A DNA stretch of 20,000 nucleotides from Psammoneis japonica (Eukaryota): contig QPGO01000243.1 in NCBI GenBank assembly GCA_008632985.1, forward strand, positions 52,430 to 72,429, written 5' to 3'. Every line of letters begins with the position of its first letter. The stretch's first letter is position 1. A program made the position numbers and the translations under genes. The notes below the pieces were generated by a model, which saw only the letters and a list, made by a program, of their open reading frames with translations, was not told where the DNA came from and did not search any database. This document shows, piece after piece, positions 1-10,915 of the stretch.

Positions 1-838
1 GACAGGTAGTCCTTGTAAGCTTCCAGCTCAAATGCATCGAGGCTGCGTGGAGGAGGCGGTTCCGGTGCAGGAAAGGCATCAAAGATGGATCTTGTTTTTG
101 TGTCGAAGAACCAGACAAGGATCCGCCATCATCACTGGAGCGGAGAGTGGAATCGACAGATGATGAAACAAGGGGTTTTGTCTCCTTTTTCGTTTTCTCG
201 CCTCCATCGACACCATTATTATTATTGGACTGAGACAGTGAATCAAATCTTGATTGGTTGATGATTGTTCTCAGTTTTTGTCTTTGTCTCTCCACTGGTT
301 GTCCCGAAATGGCTTCCAGCTCCAAAATGGGATCACTGCTTGTCGGTTTCTCTTTCTCAGTATTTGCGGCCATTGAAGAGTCTTCCCATGACTCTAAAAG
401 ATATTTTAAATCATTGGTAATTGTTGTGTGTGACGGTGTGGTTGTTGTAGTTCTTGTGCTTGCCAGTTGTGTAGTAGTCCACGGTTTGTTTTTCCTTTTT
501 CTTCGGCTGGCCATTTTCGCGTCGACCTGTTCAAAAAAGGGAACAAACGGTCGCTTTATTTTTTGTTTTGCTTCTTCTTTTCCCCACATTTCTTGTACAC
601 TTGTCTTTTCTTCTCCATCATCCACACCGTCGTCGTCGTCTTGATGATTCATCCATTTGACTCGCGTTTTTTGCCGTCGTCGGAGCTCACGAAGGCGAGC
701 TGCATTTTCTGCCTCTCGTTGTTTGTCGTCTGTGGACGAAAATGAAACTGCTTGTAAACAATTCCATACCTTGTACGACGATCGGAAACGGTATCTTCTA
801 GAAGCATACGTTTTCAACAGAGTACTACTTTGCCTCAT
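1..838 (-). CDS. Unknown protein, 5' part only (runs off the window); probable mitochondrial transit peptide
   Basis: Hand translation of the - strand gives an uninterrupted frame from ATG 838 to position 1: MRQSSTLLKTYASRRYRFRSSYKVWNCLQAVSFSSTDDKQREAENAARLRELRRRQK...DDDDGVDDGEEK.... There is an in-frame stop upstream at 856-854. The N-terminus is R/S-rich and acid-free. The ORF track omits it because there is no stop inside the window. Confidence 0.75.
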   Translation of the reverse strand, partial: MRQSSTLLKTYASRRYRFRSSYKVWNCLQAVSFSSTDDKQREAENAARLRELRRRQKTRVKWMNHQDDDDGVDDGEEKTSVQEMWGKEEAKQKIKRPFVPFFEQVDAKMASRRKRKNKPWTTTQLASTRTTTTTPSHTTITNDLKYLLESWEDSSMAANTEKEKPTSSDPILELEAISGQPVERQRQKLRTIINQSRFDSLSQSNNNNGVDGGEKTKKETKPLVSSSVDSTLRSSDDGGSLSGSSTQKQDPSLMPFLHRNRLLHAASMHLSWKLTRTTC

Positions 839-1008
839 CTTTGTCGTCTCGTGTCAAACGACGGTCGTCATGTCATGGTGTGGGCGTTGATGGAGCGGTC
901 GGAGGGAGAAAATCGCGCGCGGCACGATCGCGCAAACAAGTTTTAGTCAGATGGGTCAAAGATCCGGTCGGCGGCAAGTTTCTAGTCGGTTGAGTCAAAT
1001 GACGAGGC

Positions 1009-1016
1009 GCGCCAAA
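1009..1016 (-). promoter_or_regulatory. E2F-consensus site (TTTGGCGC) in the divergent promoter upstream of RAD52
   Basis: GCGCCAAA on + is TTTGGCGC on -, matching the TTTSSCGC consensus. It lies about 150 bp upstream of the RAD52 ATG. Confidence 0.35.
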
Positions 1017-1065
1017 AAACACAAACGAGAAACAAGCGCGAGCGATGGAGGGACGAAAACAAGAA

Positions 1066-1100
1066 CGATCGTCGATCGATCCGATCGATCCGATCGATCA
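1066..1100. repeat. Short CGAT(C) tandem repeat
   Basis: cgatcgtcgatcgatccgatcgatccgatcgatc, about six GATC cores in 35 bp. Confidence 0.8.
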
Positions 1101-1167
1101 AGAAAAAAGAAAAGAGAAACGACACAACATATTCGATCGCATCGCGAACCATTCAGGACTTGCCACA

Positions 1168-2527
1168 ATGTCTTGTCATCACGGTGATAAGGATAATCAT
1201 GGACAAGAGGAAGATACCAAGGTCGGCGGCATTCCCATGCGCAATCACGACGGGTCGGTGATGTTCAACAACAACAACGGACGACCCGTATACCGCAGTC
1301 AATACCTTTCGACGCACCCCTTAAAAAGCGATTGCAAGGAACGCATCGCACCAGGCAATGTGAAACTCACCTATGTCACTGGAGAGGGTGTGATTCGAAC
1401 CATGAATGAGGTGTTTGGACACGAAGGGTGGAGTACAGAAATTACAATGGAGCGTGTTGTGGTGAGTTTGTAGGAAAGGGCCGAAAAACGAGAACTCGAC
1501 ATGTTGATGTTGTACATCAGAGTATAAGCGTGTTCTGACTTTTTGTTTTGATGCCGCCATAAAGCAATGTGAACGCGACGATAAGGGACGTTGGGTGGTG
1601 GGATATCTCGCAACAGTACGTGTCACCCTGCTGAACGGCACGTCTCACGAGGATTGCGGGTGTGGAGAGGAAACAAACGAAAGCAAGATCAAGGCACACG
1701 ACAAGGCATTCAAATCGGCAGTCACGGATGCCATGAAGCGTGCAGCTCGTCACTTTGGAGAACGGCTTGGAAACGGTATGTTCAATAATGAACAAGACAC
1801 GTGTAAGATGATTTCATAGAGAACCGAAACCTCACTTCTTTTCATTTTACTTCTTCATGTGTTAAAGCTCTGTACGTGAAGGGTAGCGGCATTCGTTCAG
1901 CTCCAGTCAGCAACGCGCAAGCACTATCAGAGTTAGAACAGAAAGAGTCACGATACTTTTTCGGAGATCAGACAAATCTCGCAAGACGCGTCCCAAGAAG
2001 AGGAGACGAATGCAGGCTCGCCATTATCCAGCACGAACCAAAACAGAGCACCCAGTCATGACCAACAAGAAAACATTCCACCTCGAGTGCCACTGGGCCA
2101 CAATCGTAATTCGAGCGTCTCGCCGAGTACTGGTCAGCCAAGTACCCACGCCAACAGTCCGCAACAAGAAGGCATCCCACCTCGTGTTTCCTTGGGACCT
2201 TCCGATGCGCCACGTGATTCGAGAATTCCATCAAGTGCTGGTCAAATGGCACCACCATATGCGGACACGAGGACCGATCCGACTGGCGTTTCTGCCAACA
2301 TTGTAACTCCATCGGCACGTAGCAACCCAAACCAATTCATTTTTGCTTCCCAAGCGTATGGCTTGCCTGGAGCCCAACAGCAGCAGCAGCAGCACAGCTC
2401 TTCTCCTTCTCGTCGGGCACTTGGTGGTGGAACAAGTAGGGGGGCGTTGACAAGGAATAGTCCGACGCACTACGGCGGCACTAGCCCATCAAAGCGACCC
2501 CGAACCCAAGTCAACCCATACAAGTAA
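1168..2527 (+). CDS. RAD52: DNA repair/recombination protein Rad52 (Rad52/Rad22 family), 3 exons
   Basis: Exons 1168-1461, 1565-1775 and 1868-2527; introns GTGAGT..AAG 1462-1564 and GTATGT..AAG 1776-1867. Rad52 motifs: KLTYVTGEGVIRTMNEVFGHEGWS, ATVRVTLLNGTSHEDCGCG and KAFKSAVTDAMKRAARHFGERLGNALY. One frameshift near 1937-1981 is needed to join the low-complexity tail that ends at 2527. Confidence 0.92.
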
Positions 2528-2839
2528 CTCGAACAATTCTTAAAAGAACCAGAATCCACAAGTTTTAGACACTGTAATATCTTCTGAAGCTAGCTTGCTT
2601 TCAATACCAAGTCTCTATACTATTATTTTTAGTTTGTAGGCGCTAACCGCATTCTCTACACAACACACCCTCTCTCAATTGAAGCCTCTGCTCTTCAAAT
2701 AGGACGTATATAAAAGACACTCTCTAGTAGATTTATATATCAAAAGCGGCCTCGCTTCGAATACCCAGTCTATCTCTTATTCTTTACTGCGCTCTAAAGG
2801 TATTCTCCAACCACACAGACGACCATTGACAGAAATGCC

Positions 2840-4663
2840 TCACGCCTCTGATTTTATGACTTCACCACCACCCAAAGAACTCCCCTCTGCTGCCGCAAAG
2901 AACTCTTCCCAACCCTCGATGATTTCTCTTTGCTTTTCATCTTGACAACGCCTCAAGTTTAGACACTCTCGCAACAGATTCCCACTCACATGAGGAGGAA
3001 CCCGCGTGCAGCTCTGACACCACCCCGTCTTGGTGCAAATCTCCATTCCACACTGAACACTCGGAACCATGAGGCCGCATCGGACACACTCTTCACCGTC
3101 GGTGGGTTTATGAAAGGGCCCAAAGCGAGTCGCATTTCGGGCAATCCCCCCTCCCAGCACACTCTGTGCGGCCAAATGCCAATGCCCTGACGCATGTCCC
3201 ACAACTCGTCGCTGCGGCCCTGCATTTTGGTTGGGAATTCGCGCAAACGATCCAAACGAATCTCACCGGGAAAGTCCTTGGCCTTGCTCAGTCGCATGCG
3301 ATGCTCGTCTTCTCGTTCGAGCTGTCGACGCAAGTTGTGGAATCGGTTCTTGATGCCATTGTCGGTCCGTCCCGGAATCATCTTTGACATTTTGGCCCAG
3401 TGACTGCCAGTGGTGTTGTAGAGATGAAAAATCGTAGCGTCCTCTACAGGACTCCAGTCGGAAACCTTGAGCCGCGGATTCAAATGGTTGACATAACGCT
3501 CACGACATTGCTTTCCGGTGCGTTCCGGCATGGATTGAGCAACAATGGACCACTTCATGGGCATGCGCATGTTCTTGACGAGGCTCAGAAGAAGGGCGTC
3601 TTCTTCCTTGGTCCATGCTTTGGGTCCAGATTTGCGTTTCGCGGAAGCGCCAGAGCCTGGAGAACTTCCACGTTTGGTACCGGTAGCACTGGATACCGAT
3701 CCACCAGGAACACCACTCATAACTTGAGGATAGCCATAAGGAGGATGGTACGGGCCACCAGACGGCCCGTGATAGGGCGGGTATGTAGTCGGTGGCATGC
3801 CATATCCCGGCGGAGGTGCAGAATACATTGGTCCACCTGAAGATCCGGGTGCAGTTGGACCACCTCCATAGGGAGGAGGATAGGGCTGTTGAGCCATACC
3901 CATGCCCCTTGGACGACCACCCATGGCCGGAGGCATACCCTGCCACTGCTTTTGATCCGGCGGGGATCCTCCCTGCTGCTGCGGCGGCGGCGGTTCATTT
4001 GTAAAGGGCGGAAGTCTTGAAGGCGGGTGACCAGGGGAATGGCGGTCTTGAGGAACCATTCTCTGTTCCATGGCCGATGGTGACGGTGGTGCTTCCTGCT
4101 GCGGAGGGTCTTGGGGAGGAGGCTGTCGGCCCGGTGCGGTTTCGCCACTCTCACCAATCTTGACCCATTCGGTATCGTTGTCATCGTACTTGAGCAAGTG
4201 TTCCCCGGTGGCAGGATCGTATTGTTGAACCGTGCCCGCGTACCAGCTGTTGTCGACGGGCCAAAAGACACGAACCTTTTTTCCAATCATGCAATCCGCA
4301 CAGAAACTGATGAAAAACAGAGCAAAAGTTGAGTTTGTTATGAGATACTGCCGAACAGAGTCCATTACTTCTCAGCAAAGGAAGCGACATCATGAGCAGC
4401 ATTTTTAATCATAAGAAGGATGCCAACACAACATGATTTGTGTTGGATCGGCGAAGGTTACATGCTCGCGGCGGCACAACGGAAATCAATCACGTACAAT
4501 TTCCACATACGACGTACCGTGGTTTCACGCCGGGTGGCAGTCCAGGGATATGCACGTCCGGATCGTCGCATGCAAGCAAGGTGAGGCCTCTATTTTGACA
4601 TCCTGCACATGCATCAAGTGCCTGAGGAGGCACAGCGCTCTGACCAGCGGCGTCGCTCGCCAT
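2840..4663 (-). CDS. R2R3-Myb transcription factor with N-terminal Cys4 motif, Tudor-like domain and C-terminal Cys-rich domain
   Basis: Exon 1 4663-4518 (MASDAAG...CAGC...VKPR), intron 4517-4307 (GTACGT..CAG), exon 2 4306-2840. Tudor-like segment KKVRVFWPVDNSWYAGTVQQYDPATGEHLLKYDDNDTEWV. Myb repeats WTKEED..W..RTGKQCRERYVNHLNP and WSPVED..WAKMSKMIPGRTDNGIKNRF. A 1-nt frameshift near 3180 joins the 2840..3202 ORF (HLAAQSVLGGG...CVRC...C...C...WCQSC). Confidence 0.9.
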
Positions 4664-4924
4664 GGTGACGGTCTCGAAGGCAATGTTGCCGCTGAATGTG
4701 AATTTGGTGGGTGCTGTACCACGTTTCCGTTGAATTGAAGTTGAAAAACCGCATTCACGTTGAAATTTTCGTTGAAACTTTAGATACGAATAAAAATAAT
4801 AAACATATGTGACATTAAGATCTAAAGTATCTTTTTCACCCGTTGCATCGGGAAGTGCACACAAAAATCGGCAAGCAACGCAAACATGCCGATGATTATC
4901 CCGCTGATGCCGATGTCACCAAGA

Positions 4925-7334
4925 TTAATGCCTCTGATACCTCAGTCCGAGTAAGCGCCTGCTTGTGTCACCCTCAAAAGGCTTTCCATCCTGTCGCTCT
5001 AATTGGAACAAATAGCCGGCTTCCTGAATGCACACATACAGCTTGGTCCCGTCGGGACTAAACGCAACACCAGTGGTTTCGTCGTTTTTAAAGCGATCAT
5101 GAAACGCCTCAATCACTGTATAGAATCGGGTTCCATCGTACACGTACAGTCCAGGCGTTGCTCCTCCATCCTCGGTAAAGTAAATCAAATTGGAATGGCG
5201 AACGAGGTGGTCCGGGCCTGCTGTAAAACTACCCCCGCCCTCCAAAGCACCGAGACGAGTGCTTTGCACCGCATACGTTTGACGGTCCAGGTCCAAATGG
5301 AAAAGCTGCTTTGACTTTTTCGTGACAAACAAAAGCATCCCGTCGTCCGTCGTTATAATGCCTTCTGAAAACTGGTAATTTTCAAAGGCCGACCGATTTC
5401 CCAAATGACGAGACGGCGTCCAGCGAAAGGTATAGTTCTCGGGAAAGAGCTCCAAGTAGTCAATATCGCCATCTCCGTGCAGCATGGACCACGAAAAATT
5501 GGTAGCACTGCTTGGACTGAAACGACGGAGTGCTCCATACGCATGGTCCTCCGTAACAAAGAACCGTGGACGATCCGGGTCGCGCAAGTCGTAGGCAAAC
5601 GCTTCAAAACTACCACCACGCGCTTCCACAAGGTTGGTTTTTGCCGGTTTTCGCTGACCGGTAGGGTCCACCTGCCAACATTGACCACGAGTGTACTCTT
5701 CACAAGATATCCACGTGTCCCAGGGTGTTGCTCCGCCATTGCAATTGCGTGTCGTGCCAGTCAATCTTGCTGAATAGTTTCGAATGCGTCCTTGTGCGTC
5801 AAATTCCAACGCATACACTCCACCATTGCGATTGGGCTTTTCGGAATTGCTGACATAGGTCCATCCACCATCGTCCAGTTCAAACACGGCGGCGCCGTCG
5901 GGTTCGGCGTGAAAGTTGATGGACGACTGGGATTGAGTTGCGTCGGGGCTTGTGAATTTTACCCGTTGTCCGGACCGTGCGAGAACCTTGACGGTGAGAC
6001 CCGAAGAGACCAAGAGGCCTTCTTGCCGTGCCGTCAAGTTGCCAAGATCGTACGGTTTAGGAATCGCGGAATCAAACTCGGCGCATGTACTCGTTGACCA
6101 ATCGTAGACGCCGCTGCAAGGATAGTTGCTGTACCCGCTGTTTGTGCCATCAGCCATCCAATTCGTTGGTCCTACCGATACGAGAGAGAATCAGATAAAG
6201 ATGAGATTAGAAAATCGTTTCTGCGACTGAACAAAAACCAAGAGATAATCAAGCGTACCATTGACCCTGATTGCTCCTCCCGCGTCTCGTGTCGCTACAT
6301 TCATGGAAAAGCTTGAATCCGTAATCGTAAGGTGTGCCAACGATGATGGTTCACTGTTGATTGCACCGCCCTACGTGAAGCAAGAATGATCAAATGAGGA
6401 TCAAAAGCAAGAAAGCGCAAATACAATGCAAAAGTTGTGACTTACAAACTGCAGAGAATATCGTAGGCAAGTTACAAGAGCAAGATCAAAAGGTGAGGAG
6501 CATGAAAAAGGAGGATACGAGTACCCAAAAGACATGTGAGTTCTCTCTTTACCTTTGCTGTGTTTTTCGTAAAGGTCGAGCCATAGAGTTTCAGATTTCC
6601 TCGACTGTAGATTGCGCCACCTCCACCCTGGACGGCTTCGTTACCATCAAAGAGGCAATTTGAAACAATCAAACTAGTACCTACTTCCGTTTTGATTGCG
6701 GCTCCTCTCCAACCAACGGTCGACGCAACATTTCTGGTCAAGAGGTAGTGTTAGTTTCTTCTGATCGCAATACAACATAAAGACCCCACAAGCAAACTTA
6801 CCCTACAAATTCACAATTGCGCAAGAATTGCGTCTTGTACACTGACGGGGCAATCCGAACAGCAGACGCCGTTGCCTTTTCAAAGCGCATGCCGTCCATC
6901 ACAACTTCGGCGTTTGCTCCCATGATTCGAACGTGGTTTCCCTCGCCTTCCAATATGCACTTATCCGTTGACTTGACCTTTTCGCATGAAATAACAATCT
7001 GCTTCTTTATCATGAGAGTCGCATCTGGTGGCTTTATGACGTGAAAAGGACATAGAGTCAAGCTTTCTTGGGCTTGCCCAACCGCATTTACGAGTGCCGT
7101 CCACGATGAGTTAATCTGGGTACACGTGTCGTGCAAGGTTCGTTCGAGAAAGTCTCTCTTGGTTTTCTCTATTGCCTCTGCGAGTGGACGATTCCATTCT
7201 GTTACCATATCAAGGAATGGGTTGGAAGCTTGAGAAGAAACAATCAGCCTCATCATTGCTAGAAGCACGCCGTAGCAACTGGCACGGTGTCGGTGTCGAC
7301 TAGTGATTGCATCGCCGCCTTTGTTTTGCGTCAC
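4925..7334 (-). CDS. Multi-exon protein, probably secreted: parallel beta-helix (Pmp-like GGAI repeats) fused to a PhoX/DUF839 alkaline-phosphatase-like domain
   Basis: Exons about 7334(start uncertain; ATG at 7256)-6802, 6733-6553, 6448-6446 (microexon), 6370-6259 and 6171-4925, all with in-phase GT-AG junctions. Beta-helix repeats FDGNEAVQGGGGAI, FTKNTAKFGGAI and FSMNVATRDAGGAI. PhoX-type motifs PDGAAVF, YVSNSE, NCNGGATPWDTWISCEE, FEA, FTEDG and ETTGVAFSPDGTKLYVCIQ. Confidence 0.85.
6446..6448 (-). other. Putative 3-nt microexon (TTT, Phe)
   Basis: The - strand reads ...gtaacttgcctacgatattctctgcag|TTT|gtaagt..., a strong acceptor and a perfect donor 3 nt apart. This splits the interval into introns of 104 nt (6552-6449) and 75 nt (6445-6371). 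Confidence 0.7.
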
Positions 7335-7727
7335 GACTCTTACTCTTCAACAACAAATGCGAATGCAAAAGGCCTCCCTTTTGGACAAGGATAGCATAAG
7401 GTCTCTTCGATTCCAAACGAGTATCGAACGAAACCACTCCGAATCCTTTCGTGACGACCAATTTTGATCCCGTGCCAAAAATCAATGAAACACGACTGAA
7501 AAACGTTAGCACATGCAACATGCATGCATGTCTGACCTGGTTTGGGTTGCCGCGATCTTTTTCCACAACCACAACCCGGCCACCGTTTTATGCCAACGAG
7601 CGTTGGGAAATATGCAAGCTCGTTGAGTCCAATGCATTATCGCTTTGTTGCCATCGGTTCATTGATTTTTATTCTATATTCTCGTGTCGATTGCTTTTTG
7701 CATTATCGAAGTCACACGCGTGCGAAA

Positions 7728-8449
7728 ATGTCGGCAAATCATTCCGAAGCCAAGATACCGACAAACACTGCACCCAAGAACGACAAAATTACCATCCTTG
7801 GGTTTGGAAGTCTCTTGTCCGAAAAGAGCTCAAGGCTTACCTTTCCAGATTATCCAACTTTCGATTGGGTCGAATCCCACACTATCGACGTGTGTTTGGG
7901 CATCCTGCCGAGATCTTTTTCCAGCGTGGCATTGCAAACCTTGAAACTTTGGAAATCTCGTCGCTATCGGCTGAATACGATGAAGGAAACAAGGGTTTCG
8001 TTTGCTCTGTTTTCGAGGTTGAAAATGATGGCATGATGGAGGGAGGCATTCCAAGTATGGCTTTTTTGAAACGAGAAGAAGAATTCGACATTGCAACAGT
8101 TCCCTTTGTTGACAACGGTACGCCATCAGAAGGAATATTGTGCAGGCGATCATCTGATGAAGCTTATATAGAGAGATGGGGGCAGGAGCATTTCAATAAA
8201 CAGTATGGCCAATATGGCGTATCTACTATTTGGGGCTGGGAACGTAATTCAGGATTACGCCCTTGTGCCGTTTACTTGAGACACTGCGTTCTCGCAGCGA
8301 AATCTATGGGCACCGAATGCTACCAGTCCTTCCTCGACGAAACATTCTTGGTCGATCGAAAAACAACGATTCGTGACTATCTGGATCAGTTTCCCGACAT
8401 TATGAATACCCAACCACCTCCTGATCTGACAGATCGATACGGAGGGTAA
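7728..8449 (+). CDS. Gamma-glutamylcyclotransferase-like (GGCT fold) conserved protein
   Basis: ATG 7728 gives MSANHSEAK...ITILGFGSLLSEKSSRLTFPD. A 1-nt frameshift at about 7850 leads into LSNFRLGRIPHYRRVFGHP...FLKREEEF...LRPCAVYLRHCVLAA. The GFGSL loop and the downstream RE motif are GGCT-superfamily hallmarks. Confidence 0.75.
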
Positions 8450-9189
8450 CGAGTCATAAGCTCCTGTGATTGACACTACAAAAGCCAGTTGAAAAGGGTT
8501 CGATCGGGAGCTTTGGAATAGAGATTGCTTGTATTCATTATGTAACCTCTCCTCCTTGATCGTCTCTGACCAGTTGATCCCAAAACATTAGCTCTAGTCT
8601 GCGTATTTATGCGAACCTCTTTGCTGTAGGTGTCACTCTCTAGATGCTGTTTGAACGCGTCCATTGAAAATAGGCAGAGTCAATGTCAGGCCAGGAGATT
8701 TCTTTTGAAGATTCGAGTTTATGGCAATGGGCAACTTGCCGCGAGAACCAGAATCTCGTTTCTGCCTTTCCTGTTCCACGAAGATCGGCGGCTCCAGACT
8801 TGGAGACGGTGTTCCATAGTCGACGAGTTTTCTTTTGCTTTTGATGCCTGCTGCGTGTTCCTCCAGTCAATGGATAATACACTAGACCTAGAGTAGGGCC
8901 CTACCTGTAGAGGCCCTCTCTCTAGAGAAAGTAGTAGCTCTACTCTCTCTTGCTCTTACGGGGAGTAGCTACAGTAGTAGAGAGTGCTGTAGTTGCTTCA
9001 GTCCCGCGCCATCTGTCGCACGACTGAATGACAGTCCACAATAAACGTTAAATAGTGGTTAAAGTATTTATTCAGATTCCCAATCCGATCCGCGACCTTG
9101 ATCCTCCGCCATCAGCCATCACAAATTCTCTTTTTCATTTTTTTTCACCCGATGAGACACATTACATCGAGAAGTGACACGAATCTATA

Positions 9190-10664
9190 ATGAAAGGCTG
9201 TCTCCATCATTTGGTCTTGCTCCGGTCTTGCTCCTTATAACAGCCTCAGCCACGCACGCTGCAAAGAAGGTCTTCACTGTACCGTTCAAAGCTAGAGCAC
9301 TGGATTTTACCTATGGAAAGGACAAGGATGCGAAAACTGGCAACTGTGGCGAAGGCATCGTCGATGCTGTCTACATTAATGATAATCCTACCTGCTCTGC
9401 TGAGTGCGCTATTGCATACACAACACGTGGGGAGTGGGTTGAGTACATATTTGAATCCAACAATGATGTGCATGTCAATGTTGAGTTCTACTTTCCAGCA
9501 CCTCGAGGGGCCGCAAAATTCTTCTCAAGCTCAACGGCAGTGACCTGGAGTATTGAAAGGTCCTGGACAAGGCTTAGAAAAGTTCAAAAAACGAAAAACT
9601 CAAACTCCAGTTTTGTTCAAGCTGGAGTCAAGCACAAGCTTCTCGTAAAATTCCTCGACGATGATGTCCGTCTCTGCTCTATCGACGTGTCGTTGGCAAG
9701 AAGGGTGTTTGAGGTACCATTTGTTGCCGAACGAAACGACTTTTCCTATCGCAATGGTACAAAGGATGCAGGAGAATGGGTTGCGTATAGGTTCAAGTCC
9801 AGCGTCGATCAGACCATCGACATCTCTGCGCGCCTTTCAAGTGACAACTACCCTCCTCCCCGCCTCCCCATCAGGGTGAAGCTTGACGGCAAGAATGTGG
9901 GTGCATTCGAGGGACCAGACGGGGATCCTTGGGAGTATCAGAAACAAACGATATCCGGCATTGCCGTGAAGGGAGGAAAATGGCACACGCTTAAATTGAA
10001 ATTCATTACGGGTGGCGTTAACGTTGCTTCCGTCAGCGTGTTCCCGAAAAGAAGCCAAGATGAACTGACGTTGTTTGCCAAGTACGACTGGCAGAATGGA
10101 GCCAAAGATGTTAGCAACTCATTTTTAAAACACGACGGAGTTCTAGATAGTGACGACGTAACAGCCAAAGACGGAACACTCACTGTCGTTGGGTGTAAAG
10201 GCGTGGACCTTGGTTATATGGAAGAGCTTGACGAAGCATCTCTTTTCTTGTTGAGGTTCGAAGACGTCATTATTCAGAGTGAAGGAGAATACAGTGTCTT
10301 CGCAGGTGGAGGCGAGGATTGGTGGTGGGTGGGACTAGATAGCCGTAAATTGGCGTTTAGTGTTGGAGGTTTTGGTGGCCCTGAACTCTTGGTTGAGGTA
10401 GAAGGGCTTAAAAGCGGAGCCTCTGAAAGAGTTCAGTACAGCTTCGACAGCATTGAGTACCGCTTCAATGGAACAGCCGTTCCAAGGAAACGCCTTGCTA
10501 TCCGTTACAATGATGGTGAATGGGTGGAAGGTGGGTGGAAGCAGCCCGATTTGATGCGCACGCTCAGTTCCAGAGAGACAGTTCGAATCAACGACAGTTG
10601 TCGTGCTGATTGGGATGTGTTCAACGGGAGTGTTGGTACAGTTTACTTTTATGCTAACCTTTAA
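9190..10664 (+). CDS. Secreted protein with two tandem CBM6/CBM35-like carbohydrate-binding modules and an unassigned C-terminal beta-rich domain
   Basis: ATG 9190 plus one restored C gives the signal peptide MKGCLHHLVLLPVLLLITASATHA. The two modules read GEWVEYIF...HKLLVKFLDDDVRLCSIDV and GEWVAYRF...HTLKLKFITGGVNVASVSV. Three compensating 1-nt deletions (about 9492, 9553, 9611) scramble the middle of module 1. Confidence 0.7.
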
Positions 10665-10915
10665 TATCATAGCCTTCGTTATATTCAGCTGTCCTTGCCT
10701 AGTCTTCTAGTAGATACTTAGATAATCAAAGAAGAGGGTCAAAGCAATTGCATAATGGGACGAATGAGGTTGTACGTGTTCGTGGAATGGGATTTGAAGC
10801 ACATCCACGACTGAACTCGCGACTCAACCCAAAGCGCGACGACAGACGACAGAAGATGATGGTGTGCGCCGCAGTGTTCCATGTTGTGGTGCTTGCGACG
10901 GCAACTGTATTCTGA

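Noticed and set aside
258..890. + strand ORFs 258..644, 467..745 and 657..890
   Set aside because: They are antisense shadows of the open - strand frame starting at 838.
8476..8896. Short ORFs between the GGCT-like and CBM genes
   Set aside because: No recognisable motif, consistent frame or splice structure.
10913..10915. Selenocysteine TGA upstream of the RluA ORF
   Set aside because: It is not in a redox motif, RluA enzymes are not known selenoproteins, and I could not identify a SECIS element.
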